Below, piece by piece: positions 63,697-64,000 of a stretch of 64,000 nucleotides of DNA. Positions within the stretch are counted from its first letter, which is position 1, and each line of letters opens with the position of its first letter. The notes under the pieces were generated by a model. It did no database searches, had not been told where the DNA came from, and was given only the letters and a program-made list of their open reading frames with translations. The stretch lies in IMG/VR virus record IMGVR_UViG_3300036760_000150, positions 64,001 through 128,000 of that record; one strand, written 5' to 3'. The stretch is from a virus. A program made the position numbers and the translations under genes.

Positions 63697-63908
63697 AATC
63701 TCTTCGTCTCCGTTATCTCGGGCATCTTGGCAGCCTCAGCAGCGTACACTGTTATGGTGACCTGGTTGGCTGACATGTCGTTGGTTTGAATCATCAGTCT
63801 GTTGCGATCGTCGAACTCAAGTCCGATCTGCACCGCGTAGACTTTGTTCTTCATGTACTCCAACGCCTTCTCAAGGTCTTTTACGTTGAACTTGGTCATC
63901 TTCGACAC
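63693..63908 (-). CDS. Hypothetical protein
   Basis: 71 aa; GTGA overlap with the next gene. Confidence 0.55.
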   Translation of the reverse strand: MSKMTKFNVKDLEKALEYMKNKVYAVQIGLEFDDRNRLMIQTNDMSANQVTITVYAAEAAKMPEITETKRL

Positions 63909-64000
63909 CTATGTTCCCATGTCATGTGTTTGGCACCGCATCTAGGACAAGTGAAAGGTAAAGGTACAATTTTAACCCAACTGTCTGTGGAGATCAGCAC

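Noticed and set aside
1-64000. Alternative genetic code, tRNA genes, integrase
   Set aside because: Long genes are intact in code 11 with all three stops used. No cloverleaf or recombinase was recognised by eye; tRNAscan-SE was not run.

Overview
This is 64 kb of a large lytic, contractile-tailed dsDNA phage. There is no rRNA, tRNA, CRISPR array or integrase in the window. The left end holds a partial phage GroEL (minus strand) and a divergent operon: unknown protein, SF2 helicase, sigma factor, SbcD/Mre11-like nuclease, then terminase. A Herelleviridae/SPO1-like head module follows (portal, gpF-like protein, prohead protease, scaffold, major capsid), then neck genes, internal-head or ejected proteins, tail sheath and tube, and about 15 kb of minus-strand accessory genes. 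The main signals are: (1) a 1533-aa polyprotein with seven modules (lytic transglycosylase, DUF3293-like, putative metal-binding, two ADP-ribosyltransferase-like, zincin, PI3K/HipA-like kinase), each bounded by the same hydrophobic-x-K|S/A/G motif seen at the predicted capsid maturation site, suggesting a protease-released effector cargo; (2) a sigma factor that stops before its -35 helix and runs in frame into a GroES domain with its own ribosome-binding site; (3) a fixed-geometry late promoter, TTA-N9-CTTAATYTTA (six exact copies plus one variant), whose upstream half resembles an IHF site; (4) a degenerate mCpol/GGDEF-like domain among the virion genes; (5) an intein in a neck protein. Three apparent single-base indels elsewhere suggest assembly errors, so fusion claims need read-level checking. 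All assignments come from motifs recognised by eye; no searches were run.
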